In this document: one piece after another, positions 9,590 through 19,052 of the stretch
How the letters are laid out: the number at the start of each line of letters is the position of its first letter
Numbering within the stretch: the stretch's first letter is position 1
Assembly (NCBI GenBank): GCA_045543955.1
Contig: JAZPYB010000030.1
Coordinates: forward strand, 961 to 64,960
DNA: 64,000 nt
Source: Eubacteriales bacterium
Lineage (GTDB): Bacteria; Bacillota; Clostridia; Oscillospirales; CAG-272
Direction: 5' to 3'
Notes under the pieces: model-generated
Told to the model about the DNA's origin: nothing
The model's database searches: none
What the model saw: only the letters and a program-made list of their open reading frames with translations
Made by a program: the position numbers and the translations under genes

Positions 9590-10078
9590 ATGGAAAGAGT
9601 ATCTAAGCACAACTATTATCTTGATATTGCAGAAACCGTATCAGAAAGAAGCACGTGCCTTCGCCGTCGCTTTGGTGCTATTATTGTAAAAAACGATGTT
9701 ATCGTTTCAACAGGCTATAATGGCGCTCCAAGAGGACGTGTAAACTGCAACGAGCTTGGCACCTGCTATCGCGACAGTCTAGGGATTCCTAAGGGAGAAA
9801 GATATGAGCTTTGCCGCAGTGTTCACGCAGAGGCAAACGCAATAATTGCAGCATCTCGCGAGCAAATGCTTGGAGCCACCCTTTATATGTGCTGCACAGA
9901 CCCAAAAACCGGCGAGATAATTGGCGGAATGAATAGCTGTATGATGTGCAAGCGCCAAATTATAAACGCGGGAATTACAAAGGTTATTATAAGAAACACA
10001 AAAACTGACTTTGCCGAGGTTATCGTTGGAGACTGGATTAAGGATGACGACAGCCTTTCGGGCAAGTTCGGCTATTAA
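9590..10078 (+). CDS. comEB: dCMP (deoxycytidylate) deaminase
   Basis: MERVSKHNYYLDIAETVSERSTC...; zinc motifs HAEANAI and CMMCKRQI. I prefer ATG 9590 with the AAGGAG RBS over the track start at 9542. Confidence 0.85.
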   Translation: MERVSKHNYYLDIAETVSERSTCLRRRFGAIIVKNDVIVSTGYNGAPRGRVNCNELGTCYRDSLGIPKGERYELCRSVHAEANAIIAASREQMLGATLYMCCTDPKTGEIIGGMNSCMMCKRQIINAGITKVIIRNTKTDFAEVIVGDWIKDDDSLSGKFGY

Positions 10079-10079
10079 C

Positions 10080-10526
10080 ATGGAAAAAGCAACAAAAATC
10101 GAGGTAATTTCCAAAAAAGATGCACCCTGTGTCGCGAAAATCGAGGCTGAATGCTTCTCTGCTCCATTTAAGGAAAGCGATATTTTAAGGTATATTGACG
10201 ACCCAATTTGGCATTTTTTCGTTGCAAAAATAGGTTCCGAGGTTGTTGGTTACATCAGCTTTACCAAAATTCTTGACGAATGTCAGATTGTGAATGTTGC
10301 AACAGCACCAAGTGCAAGAAAAATGGGTGTTGGAAAAGCTCTTATCGGAGAGCTTTTGAAGTTTTCCGAGAAAAATAATATCAAAAAGCTATTTTTAGAG
10401 GTGCGCGAATCAAACACACCTGCTATCAATTTGTATAAAAAATTTGGCTTTTCTGCGGTGGGAGTGTCTAAAAATCACTATTCTTTGCCAACAGAAAACG
10501 CTATACTAATGAATTTGGAAATATGA
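10080..10526 (+). CDS. rimI: Ribosomal-protein-alanine N-acetyltransferase (GNAT)
   Basis: GNAT motif QIVNVATAPSARKMGVGKALI; the gene lies directly upstream of tsaD. ATG 10080 is the preferred start. Confidence 0.75.
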   Translation: MEKATKIEVISKKDAPCVAKIEAECFSAPFKESDILRYIDDPIWHFFVAKIGSEVVGYISFTKILDECQIVNVATAPSARKMGVGKALIGELLKFSEKNNIKKLFLEVRESNTPAINLYKKFGFSAVGVSKNHYSLPTENAILMNLEI

Positions 10527-10542
10527 AAGGAAAGATGCAATA

Positions 10543-11544
10543 ATGTTAGTTTTAAGTTTCGAATCCTCATGCGATGAAACAGCCTGTGCTGTTCTCGAAA
10601 TGAGTGATAACACACGTACAGTAAAATCGAATATTATTGCCTCCCAGGTCGATATCCACGCGCTTTATGGCGGGGTTGTGCCAGAAATTGCAAGCCGTGC
10701 GCACATTGAAGCCATCTCTAAAATTACATATGAGGCCTTGAATGTGGCAGGGGTAACCATCAAGGATATTGATATGATTGCTGTTACCAACGGCCCCGGA
10801 CTTATTGGTGCGCTTTTGGTTGCTGTAAATTTTGCAAAGTCACTCGCTTATGCTAACAACATTCCTCTCGTTCCGGTTGACCATATAAAGGGACATGTTG
10901 CTGCAAACTATTTGACACACAAAAAGCTTGAGCCACCATTTTTATCTCTTGTCGTTTCAGGAGGTCACACATCGTTTTTTGATGTAAAATCATACACAGA
11001 GTTCGACGAAATCGCCGCCACTCGTGATGATGCTGTCGGCGAATGCTTTGATAAAATCGGTCGTGTTATGGGTCTTCCCTACCCAGGTGGTGCTATGATG
11101 GACAAGCTAGCTAGCCAAGGCGACAAGCACGCGATTTCATTCCCTTCCCCAAGCATAAGCAAGGACACACTTGATTTTTCATTCAGCGGGCTAAAAACTG
11201 CTGTTATAAACTATCTAAACACAAAAAATCAAAAAGGCGACGAGGTTGTTCGCGAGGATGTTGCTGCATCGGTTACATGTTCGATTACCGAGGCGATTAA
11301 GCAAAAGGTACGCGATGCGCTGCAAAAAACAGGCTACGACAAGATTGTTTTAGCTGGTGGTGTTAGTGCAAACTCTCACATAAGACAAGCGCTTATGGAG
11401 CTTTGCGAGTGCTCAGGCACTACATTCTATGCACCAGAGATGTCCCTTTGCGGAGACAATGCCGCTATGATTGGCGCTCAGGGCTACTACGAATACTTAA
11501 ACGGTGCAAGAGCTGATGAAGCGCTCAATGCATATCCAAGCTGA
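10543..11544 (+). CDS. tsaD: tRNA N6-adenosine threonylcarbamoyltransferase TsaD
   Basis: 333 aa: LSFESSCDETACAV, VDHIKGH, GGVSANS. Confidence 0.95.
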   Translation: MLVLSFESSCDETACAVLEMSDNTRTVKSNIIASQVDIHALYGGVVPEIASRAHIEAISKITYEALNVAGVTIKDIDMIAVTNGPGLIGALLVAVNFAKSLAYANNIPLVPVDHIKGHVAANYLTHKKLEPPFLSLVVSGGHTSFFDVKSYTEFDEIAATRDDAVGECFDKIGRVMGLPYPGGAMMDKLASQGDKHAISFPSPSISKDTLDFSFSGLKTAVINYLNTKNQKGDEVVREDVAASVTCSITEAIKQKVRDALQKTGYDKIVLAGGVSANSHIRQALMELCECSGTTFYAPEMSLCGDNAAMIGAQGYYEYLNGARADEALNAYPS

Positions 11545-11570
11545 TTTTAGCTGACAAAAACGGAGAAAAT

Positions 11571-12518
11571 ATGAAAATTTCATTTAAATATATAGGAAGC
11601 ATTGTCAATCTGCCCTCAAATGTGGTTGATATTGCAAAGGACGCTAGTGAGGCGGAATTAAAGGTCATTCTTGGCATTTCCGCTTACTCGGGTTATTTTA
11701 GCGACTTTGAAAAGGCACTCCCCTTGCTTTGTGAAAAGCTGGAGCTTAGCCTTAGCGAGGTCACCGAAGCGCTTGAATTTTGGGCAAAAAACGGAATAAT
11801 TAATATAGACGGGCTAGAAATTACACCAGAGATTGTCTCCTCAGTTAGCGAGGCTGACAACTCAATGCCAACTTATACCGGTGCGCAAATTACCAAGCTG
11901 TTGGGTGCTCATCCTGACTTTAAAATGCTTGCAGATTGTGCACAAAACGTGCTTGAAAAGAGCTTTACCCCTACTGATTATAATTCCCTCTTGCATATAA
12001 AGAGCTTATATAATTTCAGCGACGAATATATTCTTATGCTTCTTGCCTATTGCGTAGAAAACAACACGACGAACTGGGCTTACATAAGAAAAACCACAAA
12101 AATTCTTTACGATGAAGGCGTCGACACCTACGAAAAGCTAGAGAGCCACTTCGCGGCAAGACGTAACAAGCGTTCACTTGAATACAAAATCAGAAAGCTA
12201 TTTGGCGTTGGTGGGCGCGAGTTTACAAGCAAGGAGAAAGCTTTTTTTGAAAGCTGGGCGGGGCTTAAATTCAGCTATGATTTAATAAAACACGCATATG
12301 AGATTTCAGTTGACTCGGGCAAGGGTGCAAACTGGAGCTACACAAATAAAATTCTTGAAAACTGGCATATCTCGGGCATAAAAACCGTTGAGGATGCTGA
12401 AAAGGCGCAAAAGAGCCACAAGGAAAAATTGTCTATGTCCTCATTTGACACGGACGACTTTTTTGAGGCGGCACTCAAGCGCTCGGACGAAAGAATCAAG
12501 GAAAGGAGTAAAAAATGA
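11571..12518 (+). CDS. DnaD/DnaB_2-domain replication initiation/restart protein
   Basis: Two DnaB_2-like repeats (NWAYIRKTTKILYDEGVDTYEKL and NWSYTNKILENWHISGIKTVEDAEKA). It overlaps the following loader-ATPase gene. Confidence 0.75.
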   Translation: MKISFKYIGSIVNLPSNVVDIAKDASEAELKVILGISAYSGYFSDFEKALPLLCEKLELSLSEVTEALEFWAKNGIINIDGLEITPEIVSSVSEADNSMPTYTGAQITKLLGAHPDFKMLADCAQNVLEKSFTPTDYNSLLHIKSLYNFSDEYILMLLAYCVENNTTNWAYIRKTTKILYDEGVDTYEKLESHFAARRNKRSLEYKIRKLFGVGGREFTSKEKAFFESWAGLKFSYDLIKHAYEISVDSGKGANWSYTNKILENWHISGIKTVEDAEKAQKSHKEKLSMSSFDTDDFFEAALKRSDERIKERSKK

Positions 12519-13468
12519 GCTTTTCAAGACAGGTTATTAATAAAGTAAATGAAGAATTTGAAAGCAAGCGTCAAGAAAATGAGTCCTTGCGCGACAGAAG
12601 GCTTATAGAAATTTACTCCAAAATTCCTGAAATTAAGGCTATTGACAAGGAGCTATCTCAAACAGGTATATCTATTATGTCCTGTGCACTCGGCGGCAAG
12701 GATGGGCTTGAAGAACGCATAAACGCCTTGAGAGAGCGCAACCTAGAGCTTCAAAAAGCAAGAGGCGAGCTGCTTATATCAAACGGCTATAGCGAGGACT
12801 ATACCGACTATCACTACGATTGCGATTTATGTCAGGACTATGGCGCATACAACGGTAAGACCTGCTCTTGCTATAAAACCAAGCTAATCGAGGAGCAATT
12901 AAAGCTATCGGGCATTTCAAATCTTATAAAAACTCAAAGCTTTGAAACATTTTCTCTTGACCTTTATGAAAACAAGGAGGAAATGAGTGAGCTTTTAGAT
13001 TACGCAAACAATTATGTGCGCGATTTTGCTACTATTAAGGACAACGTTTTGTTCGTTGGTGGCACAGGTCTTGGCAAAACGCATTTGTCAACCTCTATGG
13101 CAAAGGCGCTTATTGAAAATGGATACAATGTTGTTTATGAAACAGCACAAAACATCTTTTTTGATTTTGATGCTGACCGCTTCAGAGACCGATTTGGCGA
13201 TAGCGAGCCTATCTCACAAAAGTATCTCGACTGTGATTTGTTAATCATTGATGACCTCGGTGCTGAGGCTATAAACTCCTTTACAGTTGCGTGTCTTTAT
13301 AATATAATTAACACAAGATTAAATAAAAGCTTGCCAATTATTGCAAGCACCAACTTAAATTCAAAGGAAATCAGAAGCAAGTATCACGATAGAATTACAA
13401 GCCGTTTGTTTGGCGAGTTTAATATCAAGCTTTTCAAGGGTGAGGACTTAAGAAAAGTACAAAAATAA
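12515..13468 (+). CDS. dnaI: DnaI/DnaC-like helicase-loader AAA+ ATPase
   Basis: Walker A GGTGLGKTHL, Walker B LLIIDDLGAE and an N-terminal Cys cluster (CDLCQDYG...CSC). Confidence 0.8.
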   Translation: MSFSRQVINKVNEEFESKRQENESLRDRRLIEIYSKIPEIKAIDKELSQTGISIMSCALGGKDGLEERINALRERNLELQKARGELLISNGYSEDYTDYHYDCDLCQDYGAYNGKTCSCYKTKLIEEQLKLSGISNLIKTQSFETFSLDLYENKEEMSELLDYANNYVRDFATIKDNVLFVGGTGLGKTHLSTSMAKALIENGYNVVYETAQNIFFDFDADRFRDRFGDSEPISQKYLDCDLLIIDDLGAEAINSFTVACLYNIINTRLNKSLPIIASTNLNSKEIRSKYHDRITSRLFGEFNIKLFKGEDLRKVQK

Positions 13469-13485
13469 AAATTTTAAAAAAACAC

Positions 13486-13514
13486 TTGACAAAGCATATT
13501 CACTATGCTATAAT
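13486..13514 (+). promoter_or_regulatory. rplJL promoter
   Basis: -35 TTGACA (13486..13491), a 17-nt spacer, -10 TATAAT (13509..13514). Confidence 0.8.
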
Positions 13515-13685
13515 ATTGAGGCTAATCCAAAGACAGCAGGTTACGGTAATTGCGTTTATGCTCCCTGCCGAGGAAGAATTTATATAATTTTATAGTTAAT
13601 AAATCTTTTTTCGGTATGGATATTTTATGCTTTTTCCGAAAAAAGATTTTTCTTTTTCCTGCCGGAAATTTACAAGGAGGTTATT
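13515..13685 (+). promoter_or_regulatory. Ribosomal protein L10 (rplJ) leader with terminator-like attenuator
   Basis: A leader of about 170 nt lies between the consensus promoter and rplJ. It contains a 14-bp hairpin AAATCTTTTTTCGG / CCGAAAAAAGATTT (13601..13649) followed by T-rich sequence. Position and architecture match Firmicutes L10 leaders. Confidence 0.55.
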
Positions 13686-14198
13686 ATGCCAAGTAATTCA
13701 GTTCTTGAACAAAAGAAAGCCGTTGTTGCTGAGCTTGTTGAAAAAATCAAGAAGGCAAAGAGTGGTGTTCTTGTTCAATACCAAGGTATCACAGTTGAAA
13801 ACGATACTAAAATGCGTGCCGCTTTCAGAAAAGCAGGCGTTGACTATATGGTAATTAAAAATACTCTTATTGGTCGTGCTTGTGATGAAGTAGGCTACGA
13901 AGCAATGAAGGAAAATCTTAACGGTATGAGCGCTATCGCTATCGGTTATGATGACCCAGTTGCTCCTGCAAAAATTGCAAAAGAATATGCTGACAAGGTA
14001 GAAACCTTTGAAATTAAGGGTGGTTTCCTTGAGAACGCAGTTGTTGATGCAAACACAGTTAAGGCTCTTGCTGATATTCCTTCTAAGGAAGTTCTTCTTG
14101 CAAGATTCCTCGGTAGCATCCAAGGTCCTATCTCTGGCTTTGCTCGTGCTATCCAAGCAGTTATCGACCAAAAGAATGGCGTAGAAGCTGCTGAATAA
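13686..14198 (+). CDS. rplJ: 50S ribosomal protein L10
   Basis: 170 aa with typical L10 sequence (KKAVVAELVEKIKKAKSGVLVQYQGITVE...). Confidence 0.97.
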   Translation: MPSNSVLEQKKAVVAELVEKIKKAKSGVLVQYQGITVENDTKMRAAFRKAGVDYMVIKNTLIGRACDEVGYEAMKENLNGMSAIAIGYDDPVAPAKIAKEYADKVETFEIKGGFLENAVVDANTVKALADIPSKEVLLARFLGSIQGPISGFARAIQAVIDQKNGVEAAE

Positions 14199-14270
14199 GT
14201 TTAACGTTAACTTAAAAACGTAAATAAAAAAGAAAAATTATATTATCTAAATTACGGAGGATAAATTATC

Positions 14271-14642
14271 ATGGCTAACGAAAAGGTTACTAATATTCTT
14301 GAAGAAATCAAAACACTTTCAATTCTTGAGCTTGCTGATCTTGTAAAGGCAGTTGAGGAAGAATTCGGCGTATCTGCAGCTCCTGTTGCAGTTGCTGGCG
14401 CAGCAGTTGCTGCAGCTCCTGTTGAGGAGAAGACAGAGTTTGACGTTGTACTTGTTGAAGCAGGTGCAAGCAAGCTTAACGTTATCAAGGTTGTAAGAGA
14501 GCTTACAGGTCTTGGTCTTAAGGAAGCTAAGGAGCTTGTTGAAAGCGCTCCAAAGACAATTAAGGAAGCAGTTTCTAAGGAAACAGCTGAAGACATTGCA
14601 AAGCAACTTACAGATGCTGGCGCAAAGGCTGAAGTTAAATAA
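14271..14642 (+). CDS. rplL: 50S ribosomal protein L7/L12
   Basis: 123 aa: [25 protein letters not shown]...LKEAKELVE. Confidence 0.97.
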   Translation: MANEKVTNILEEIKTLSILELADLVKAVEEEFGVSAAPVAVAGAAVAAAPVEEKTEFDVVLVEAGASKLNVIKVVRELTGLGLKEAKELVESAPKTIKEAVSKETAEDIAKQLTDAGAKAEVK

Positions 14643-14660
14643 TTTAAATTTGGATTTAGT

Positions 14661-14696
14661 AAAACACCCTGCCAAACGGCAGGGTGTTTTTATTTG
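14661..14696 (+). terminator. rplL terminator
   Basis: Stem AAAACACCCTGCC / GGCAGGGTGTTTT followed by a T-run. Confidence 0.85.
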
Positions 14697-14731
14697 AAAA
14701 TAATCATAATCAAGGTGGCTCGGCTTGCAAT

Positions 14732-14762
14732 AAAAAAGAACCGCAAATGCGGTTCTTTTTAA
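14732..14762 (-). terminator. Terminator of the LRR gene 14765..16852
   Basis: Stem AAGAACCGC / GCGGTTCTT with flanking A and T runs. Confidence 0.8.
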
Positions 14763-14764
14763 TT

Positions 14765-16852
14765 TTATTCTTCATCTTCTACAGGAGTTTCCGGTACCAC
14801 TGCATCAACATAGGTTAATGCAGCTGGTTTATCAGTGAGCTCGTCTCCGCTGATATATGAAACTACGCCATCAACCATTAAGTAACCACTGCAGTTAACT
14901 GCAACAGATGTTGAAACACCGTTTAGTCTTAATACTACCTTGGAATAATTAGTATCTGTCATATTTATAGAAACTGCATTTTCGCCAGCTACAACCTTGC
15001 CATCTACAACGGAAAGAGGAACTGTATCATTATTCGCAATTGCAGCAACTACACCGTAGTTAATCTTTACTTGCATCAAGCTCTCGTAGAAATCAAGAGC
15101 TTTTTTATTTACGCTAACTGTTTGAGAAATAGATTTAACATTGGAGTTGTTTTCCTCCATAGAATAACCTAGGTCGTCAAACAAAGGTGCAAAGGATTCT
15201 TCCTCTATATCCGGTGTTATCTCGGCATCACATTGAGCGCACTTCTTTGTGATTGTGCCCTTTGATAGGTAGTTGCCATTTGCATAAACGATACTAACTA
15301 TTATAGCGCCATTGTCAAGTGAAAACTCGTGTGTGTCAGAAACATATGTGTTTTCATCAGTTACTTTATATGTGTCGCCACAGCCTGGGCACTTGTAAAT
15401 AGTAACTGAGCCAGCAGGGCAAACTGTGTTGTCAGGGGTAGCCTCATGTGAATGCTCAACATAATCTAATTTAAGTGGTGTTGAGTCAGCCAAAACCAAA
15501 TCAACAACTGCGCCACAGCCCATATGGGTTGTTACTGTACCACTTGTAATATTGTTTACTGTAGCCTTTGATGTTATGTTTCCAGCATTATTTGCTGTGT
15601 AAGCCTTACAGTATATTGTATTATCTGACTTTTTAAATGGGTCGCTTTGGGTAAACTCAACAGAATCAGCAAGACAAACCACCGTGCATTGAGCCTCAAA
15701 GTAGTTGGAAATCGTTGTTACGCCTTCTCCGCAAATAACAACTGAAGGAGCGTTTCCATCAAATGCCCATCTGCTCAATTCAAGCTCAACACCCTCTGCA
15801 GCATTAATGTACATTACACCGGTAATATTACATTTTCTAAATGCTTGGTCTTTCATAGTTTTTATAGCTTTTGGCCAAATAATCTTTGCAGAGCCGATGT
15901 TGGAAGAAGCAAACGTACCCGCTTGACCGCTAGCATTGAGGTTTTCAAGGTTTGTTAGGTCAACCACCTTTTCGCCGTTTTGATTGTACCATTGGGTTGT
16001 AGTGTTTCCTGCATCATATTTAGATGAGAAACAAAATGCGTTTCCATCAACTGTCGTTGTATTTGAAAGGTTGATATATATTTCTTCAACCGATGTATTT
16101 GACGCGAACGCACTTGCGTTATAAGATGTAACAGGGGACTCAATTTTTATTTTTTTCAAGCTTTTACAGTTTTGGAAGCAGTGTGTTCCTATCGAAGCAC
16201 GTGTTGTTGTTCCCAAAATTTCAAGCTCCTCTATTGTTGATTGTCTAAACACCTGACCGCTTGTTGAAAGCGCACATCCATCAGGAATGACAACCTTTTT
16301 AAAATTAGCACCTTGGAAGGCTGCTTGACCAATTGATGTGCAGTTGGAAAAATCAGGACATTCAACTACAACATCGCTACCATCTGCCAAAAATGCTTTT
16401 GCATCGTAGAAATAGAATGGATTTGCTTGTGGGTTGTTGCCATTGGTTTGGTTTGATGGATTAAATCCAGCTTGATTAATCTGTGTAATTCTTGAAAAAT
16501 CAACATAAATTTTTGTAAATTCTGTATTTGTGTAAGTATTTGCAACCATACCACTTGGAATGGTCGTGATATACTCACTCAAAATACGAAGCTCTTTGAT
16601 TGAGGTATTGCCTTCAAATGCACCATACTTAATAGAATTTACCTTATAGGTTTTGCCACCGTATTCAACAGTTGATGGGATTGTAACTATTGCTGTTGTA
16701 GCGGTCTGGTTATCGCGCGACACCTCTGCTGTTAACGAGCTGTCGTTCAACGAATAATGTACGCCATCAATCTCGGTAGCGGAAATTGAAATAGCAAATA
16801 AGCACATTACTGCTATCGCTATTAAAGCGCCGAGTAGAATTTTCTTTTTCAT
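14765..16852 (-). CDS. BspA-type leucine-rich-repeat surface protein with a Cys-rich C-terminal region
   Basis: 695 aa with signal peptide MKKKILLGALIAIAVMCLFAISISA and LRR_5-like units (IPSTVEYGGKTYKVNSIKYGAFEGNTSIKELRI, FQGANFKKVVIP, FQNCKSLKKIKI...). It is a paralog of 1..1132. Confidence 0.8.
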   Translation of the reverse strand: MKKKILLGALIAIAVMCLFAISISATEIDGVHYSLNDSSLTAEVSRDNQTATTAIVTIPSTVEYGGKTYKVNSIKYGAFEGNTSIKELRILSEYITTIPSGMVANTYTNTEFTKIYVDFSRITQINQAGFNPSNQTNGNNPQANPFYFYDAKAFLADGSDVVVECPDFSNCTSIGQAAFQGANFKKVVIPDGCALSTSGQVFRQSTIEELEILGTTTRASIGTHCFQNCKSLKKIKIESPVTSYNASAFASNTSVEEIYINLSNTTTVDGNAFCFSSKYDAGNTTTQWYNQNGEKVVDLTNLENLNASGQAGTFASSNIGSAKIIWPKAIKTMKDQAFRKCNITGVMYINAAEGVELELSRWAFDGNAPSVVICGEGVTTISNYFEAQCTVVCLADSVEFTQSDPFKKSDNTIYCKAYTANNAGNITSKATVNNITSGTVTTHMGCGAVVDLVLADSTPLKLDYVEHSHEATPDNTVCPAGSVTIYKCPGCGDTYKVTDENTYVSDTHEFSLDNGAIIVSIVYANGNYLSKGTITKKCAQCDAEITPDIEEESFAPLFDDLGYSMEENNSNVKSISQTVSVNKKALDFYESLMQVKINYGVVAAIANNDTVPLSVVDGKVVAGENAVSINMTDTNYSKVVLRLNGVSTSVAVNCSGYLMVDGVVSYISGDELTDKPAALTYVDAVVPETPVEDEE

Positions 16853-16890
16853 AAACAGTTCTCCTAATTAAACTTTTATTTTACTTTATA

Positions 16891-16941
16891 ATATTAACAC
16901 ATGTGTGGAAAACTGTCAAGTTGAACAAAAAAAAAAAAAAA
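16891..16941 (-). promoter_or_regulatory. Consensus promoter of the second LRR gene with an upstream T15 tract
   Basis: On the minus strand: T15 (16941..16927), GTTCAAC, -35 TTGACA (16919..16914), a 17-nt spacer, then -10 TAATAT (16896..16891). Confidence 0.7.
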
Positions 16942-17131
16942 CAAGTTTGATTTTGTGAATATTGCACAAAAACATAGAATTTTTAACTAAAAACTATTTT
17001 CAATTATAATTTTAAAATGGCGCTAAGCCCTTGCCTCTATTAGGTTTCTTGATTTTTTAAAAACCATTACATTTTAGATTTTTTGGCAATTTATACAAAT
17101 GAAATTAAAATGTTAATTTTTTGTGAATTTT

Positions 17132-17160
17132 AAAAAGGAGTCGCACAAGCGACTCCTTTT
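17132..17160 (-). terminator. Terminator of the HAD phosphatase gene
   Basis: Stem AAAAGGAGTCGC / GCGACTCCTTTT immediately after the stop codon. Confidence 0.8.
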
Positions 17161-17852
17161 TATTTTAATTTTGCTATTTGCTTTTTGTTTGCTACTTGCA
17201 TTTCAATTAGTGCGCATAGGTCCGCCGGTGTTTCGACTATGTAGTCTGCCCCTGCGTCCTTTAAAACGTCCTCATCGCGATAGCCCCAAACAACACCAAC
17301 CGATGTCATTTCTGCGTTTTGCGCAGTTTTTACATCAACATCCGAATCTCCTACAAAAATACAGTTAGCCGGCTTTACTCCCATTTGCTTACATATGTAA
17401 AGTGTGGTTGAGGGGTCCGGCTTTGCGGGTGTGCCTGCTTGTCCTTGTACGAAATTAAAAAACTTTTTGCCAAAAAGCTTTTCTATAATATCCTTTACAA
17501 ACTTGTCCTGTTTATTTGAAAGAACTGCCAGCTTAATTCCCTTTTCCTTTAGTGCTCTCAAGCCCTCGTACATTCCGTCATAAAGGCTTGTCTTTTCAAG
17601 ATAGCATTTTGCATACTCCTGTTCGTAGGCTTCAAGTGCGCTATCCACTATAAACTCAACATCCTGCACTGTTTTAGGGAGCGAGAGGCGAACAAGCTGT
17701 CTTGCACCATTGTTGATGAATTTTAAAATCTCGGCTTTTGTGCGAGTTTTGTAGCCAAGCCTTGTCAGCATATTGTTTACAGCACTTGTGATATCGTCTA
17801 GCGTATACGCCAAGGTGCCGTCTAAGTCAAAAATAACTCCATAGGAAGCCAT
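17160..17852 (-). CDS. HAD-IA family phosphatase (phosphoglycolate phosphatase/PpaX-like)
   Basis: 230 aa with the DxDGT nucleophile motif (VIFDLDGTL), LAVLSNK and the VGDSDVD motif. Confidence 0.8.
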   Translation of the reverse strand: MASYGVIFDLDGTLAYTLDDITSAVNNMLTRLGYKTRTKAEILKFINNGARQLVRLSLPKTVQDVEFIVDSALEAYEQEYAKCYLEKTSLYDGMYEGLRALKEKGIKLAVLSNKQDKFVKDIIEKLFGKKFFNFVQGQAGTPAKPDPSTTLYICKQMGVKPANCIFVGDSDVDVKTAQNAEMTSVGVVWGYRDEDVLKDAGADYIVETPADLCALIEMQVANKKQIAKLK

Positions 17853-17915
17853 TTTATTTCCTCCATTTTAGTTGATATCTTATTTTATCATATTTTGTCG
17901 AAAAAATAAAGAGTT

Positions 17916-18833
17916 TTAGTCAAAAAGACCGTCAGACAAATATCGCATACCAGTGTCAGGGAACAAAACAACAATATTTTTGTTTTCCTCCTCTTTCGCT
18001 GCATTTACCGCCGCCGCCAGTGCTGCACCTGAGGAAATTCCTACACAGAGTCCCTCTTTTTTAGAAACAAGCCTTGTAAACTCATAGGCTTCTTCATCTG
18101 TAACGGTTATAATCTTATCACAAATTTCTTGGTCGTAGGTTGCTGGTATAAAATTTGCACCTATTCCTTGAATTTTGTGCTTTCCAGACACTCCCTTTGA
18201 TATAAGTGGCGAATATTCAGGCTCGACACCATATATTTTTATGTTAGGGTTTTGCTCCTTTAGGTATTTTCCAACACCGCTGATTGTACCACCTGTACCA
18301 ATGCACGCAATAAAAATATCGACACGTCCCTCAGTTTTTTTGTAAATTTCAGGACCTGTGGTACTATAATGCGCCAATGGGTTAGCCATATTTTCAAATT
18401 GTGAGGCTATAAAAGCGCCCTCTGTCTTCTCTTTTATTTCTTGCGCCTTCAAAACTGCGCCATTCATCCCCTCTGCACCGGGAGTCAAAACAACCTCTGC
18501 GCCATAAGCCTTCATAATAGCTATTCTTTCCTTTGACATTGAGTCAGGCATTACAATAACTACCTTATACCCACGGGATGCGCCAAGCATAGCAAGAGCT
18601 ATACCAGTATTGCCAGATGTAGCCTCGATAATAGTATCGCCTTTCTTTATTAACCCCTCTTTCTCTGCCTCGTCAAGAATAGTTTTTGCGGCTCTGTCCT
18701 TTGACGAGCCTGCGGGATTAAGCATCTCAAGCTTTGCTATTATTCTGCTTTTTAGGGAAAATTCCTTTTGTATGCTTGAGAGCTTAACCAGCGGTGTGCC
18801 CCCAATTAATTCCTCTACTGAATTATATATCAT
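17916..18833 (-). CDS. cysK: Cysteine synthase A (O-acetylserine sulfhydrylase)
   Basis: 305 aa with the PLP lysine context NPAGSSKDRAA, TSGNTGIALA and the GTGGTISG loop. Confidence 0.93.
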   Translation of the reverse strand: MIYNSVEELIGGTPLVKLSSIQKEFSLKSRIIAKLEMLNPAGSSKDRAAKTILDEAEKEGLIKKGDTIIEATSGNTGIALAMLGASRGYKVVIVMPDSMSKERIAIMKAYGAEVVLTPGAEGMNGAVLKAQEIKEKTEGAFIASQFENMANPLAHYSTTGPEIYKKTEGRVDIFIACIGTGGTISGVGKYLKEQNPNIKIYGVEPEYSPLISKGVSGKHKIQGIGANFIPATYDQEICDKIITVTDEEAYEFTRLVSKKEGLCVGISSGAALAAAVNAAKEEENKNIVVLFPDTGMRYLSDGLFD

Positions 18834-19052
18834 AATAGCGCTCCTTTGATGGTTTTATCATTAATATATCTAATTTTACCACTAAAATACACCTATGTCA
18901 ACAAAGTGAAAAATAAATGAAAATTATTTTTTGTAAAATATTGTTATTGATTTCTCATAATATGTATGTTATACTTTAAGTTGTAATATTATATGTGCGT
19001 ATTATATACGCTTTATGTGGCAGGACAAGCTGCCACTTACATAGGAGAAGCA

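Noticed and set aside
14252-14675. Two long minus-strand ORFs (114 and 118 aa) and a plus-strand alternative-frame ORF inside rplL
   Set aside because: They are low-complexity Ser/Ala/Thr- or Cys/Leu-rich translations antisense to or out of frame with an unmistakable L7/L12 gene. None has an RBS. They are typical shadow ORFs.
17123-17368. An 81-aa plus-strand ORF overlapping the 3' end of the HAD phosphatase gene
   Set aside because: It starts inside a terminator and the upstream region of the LRR gene, and it runs antisense to a well-supported gene. It has no RBS.
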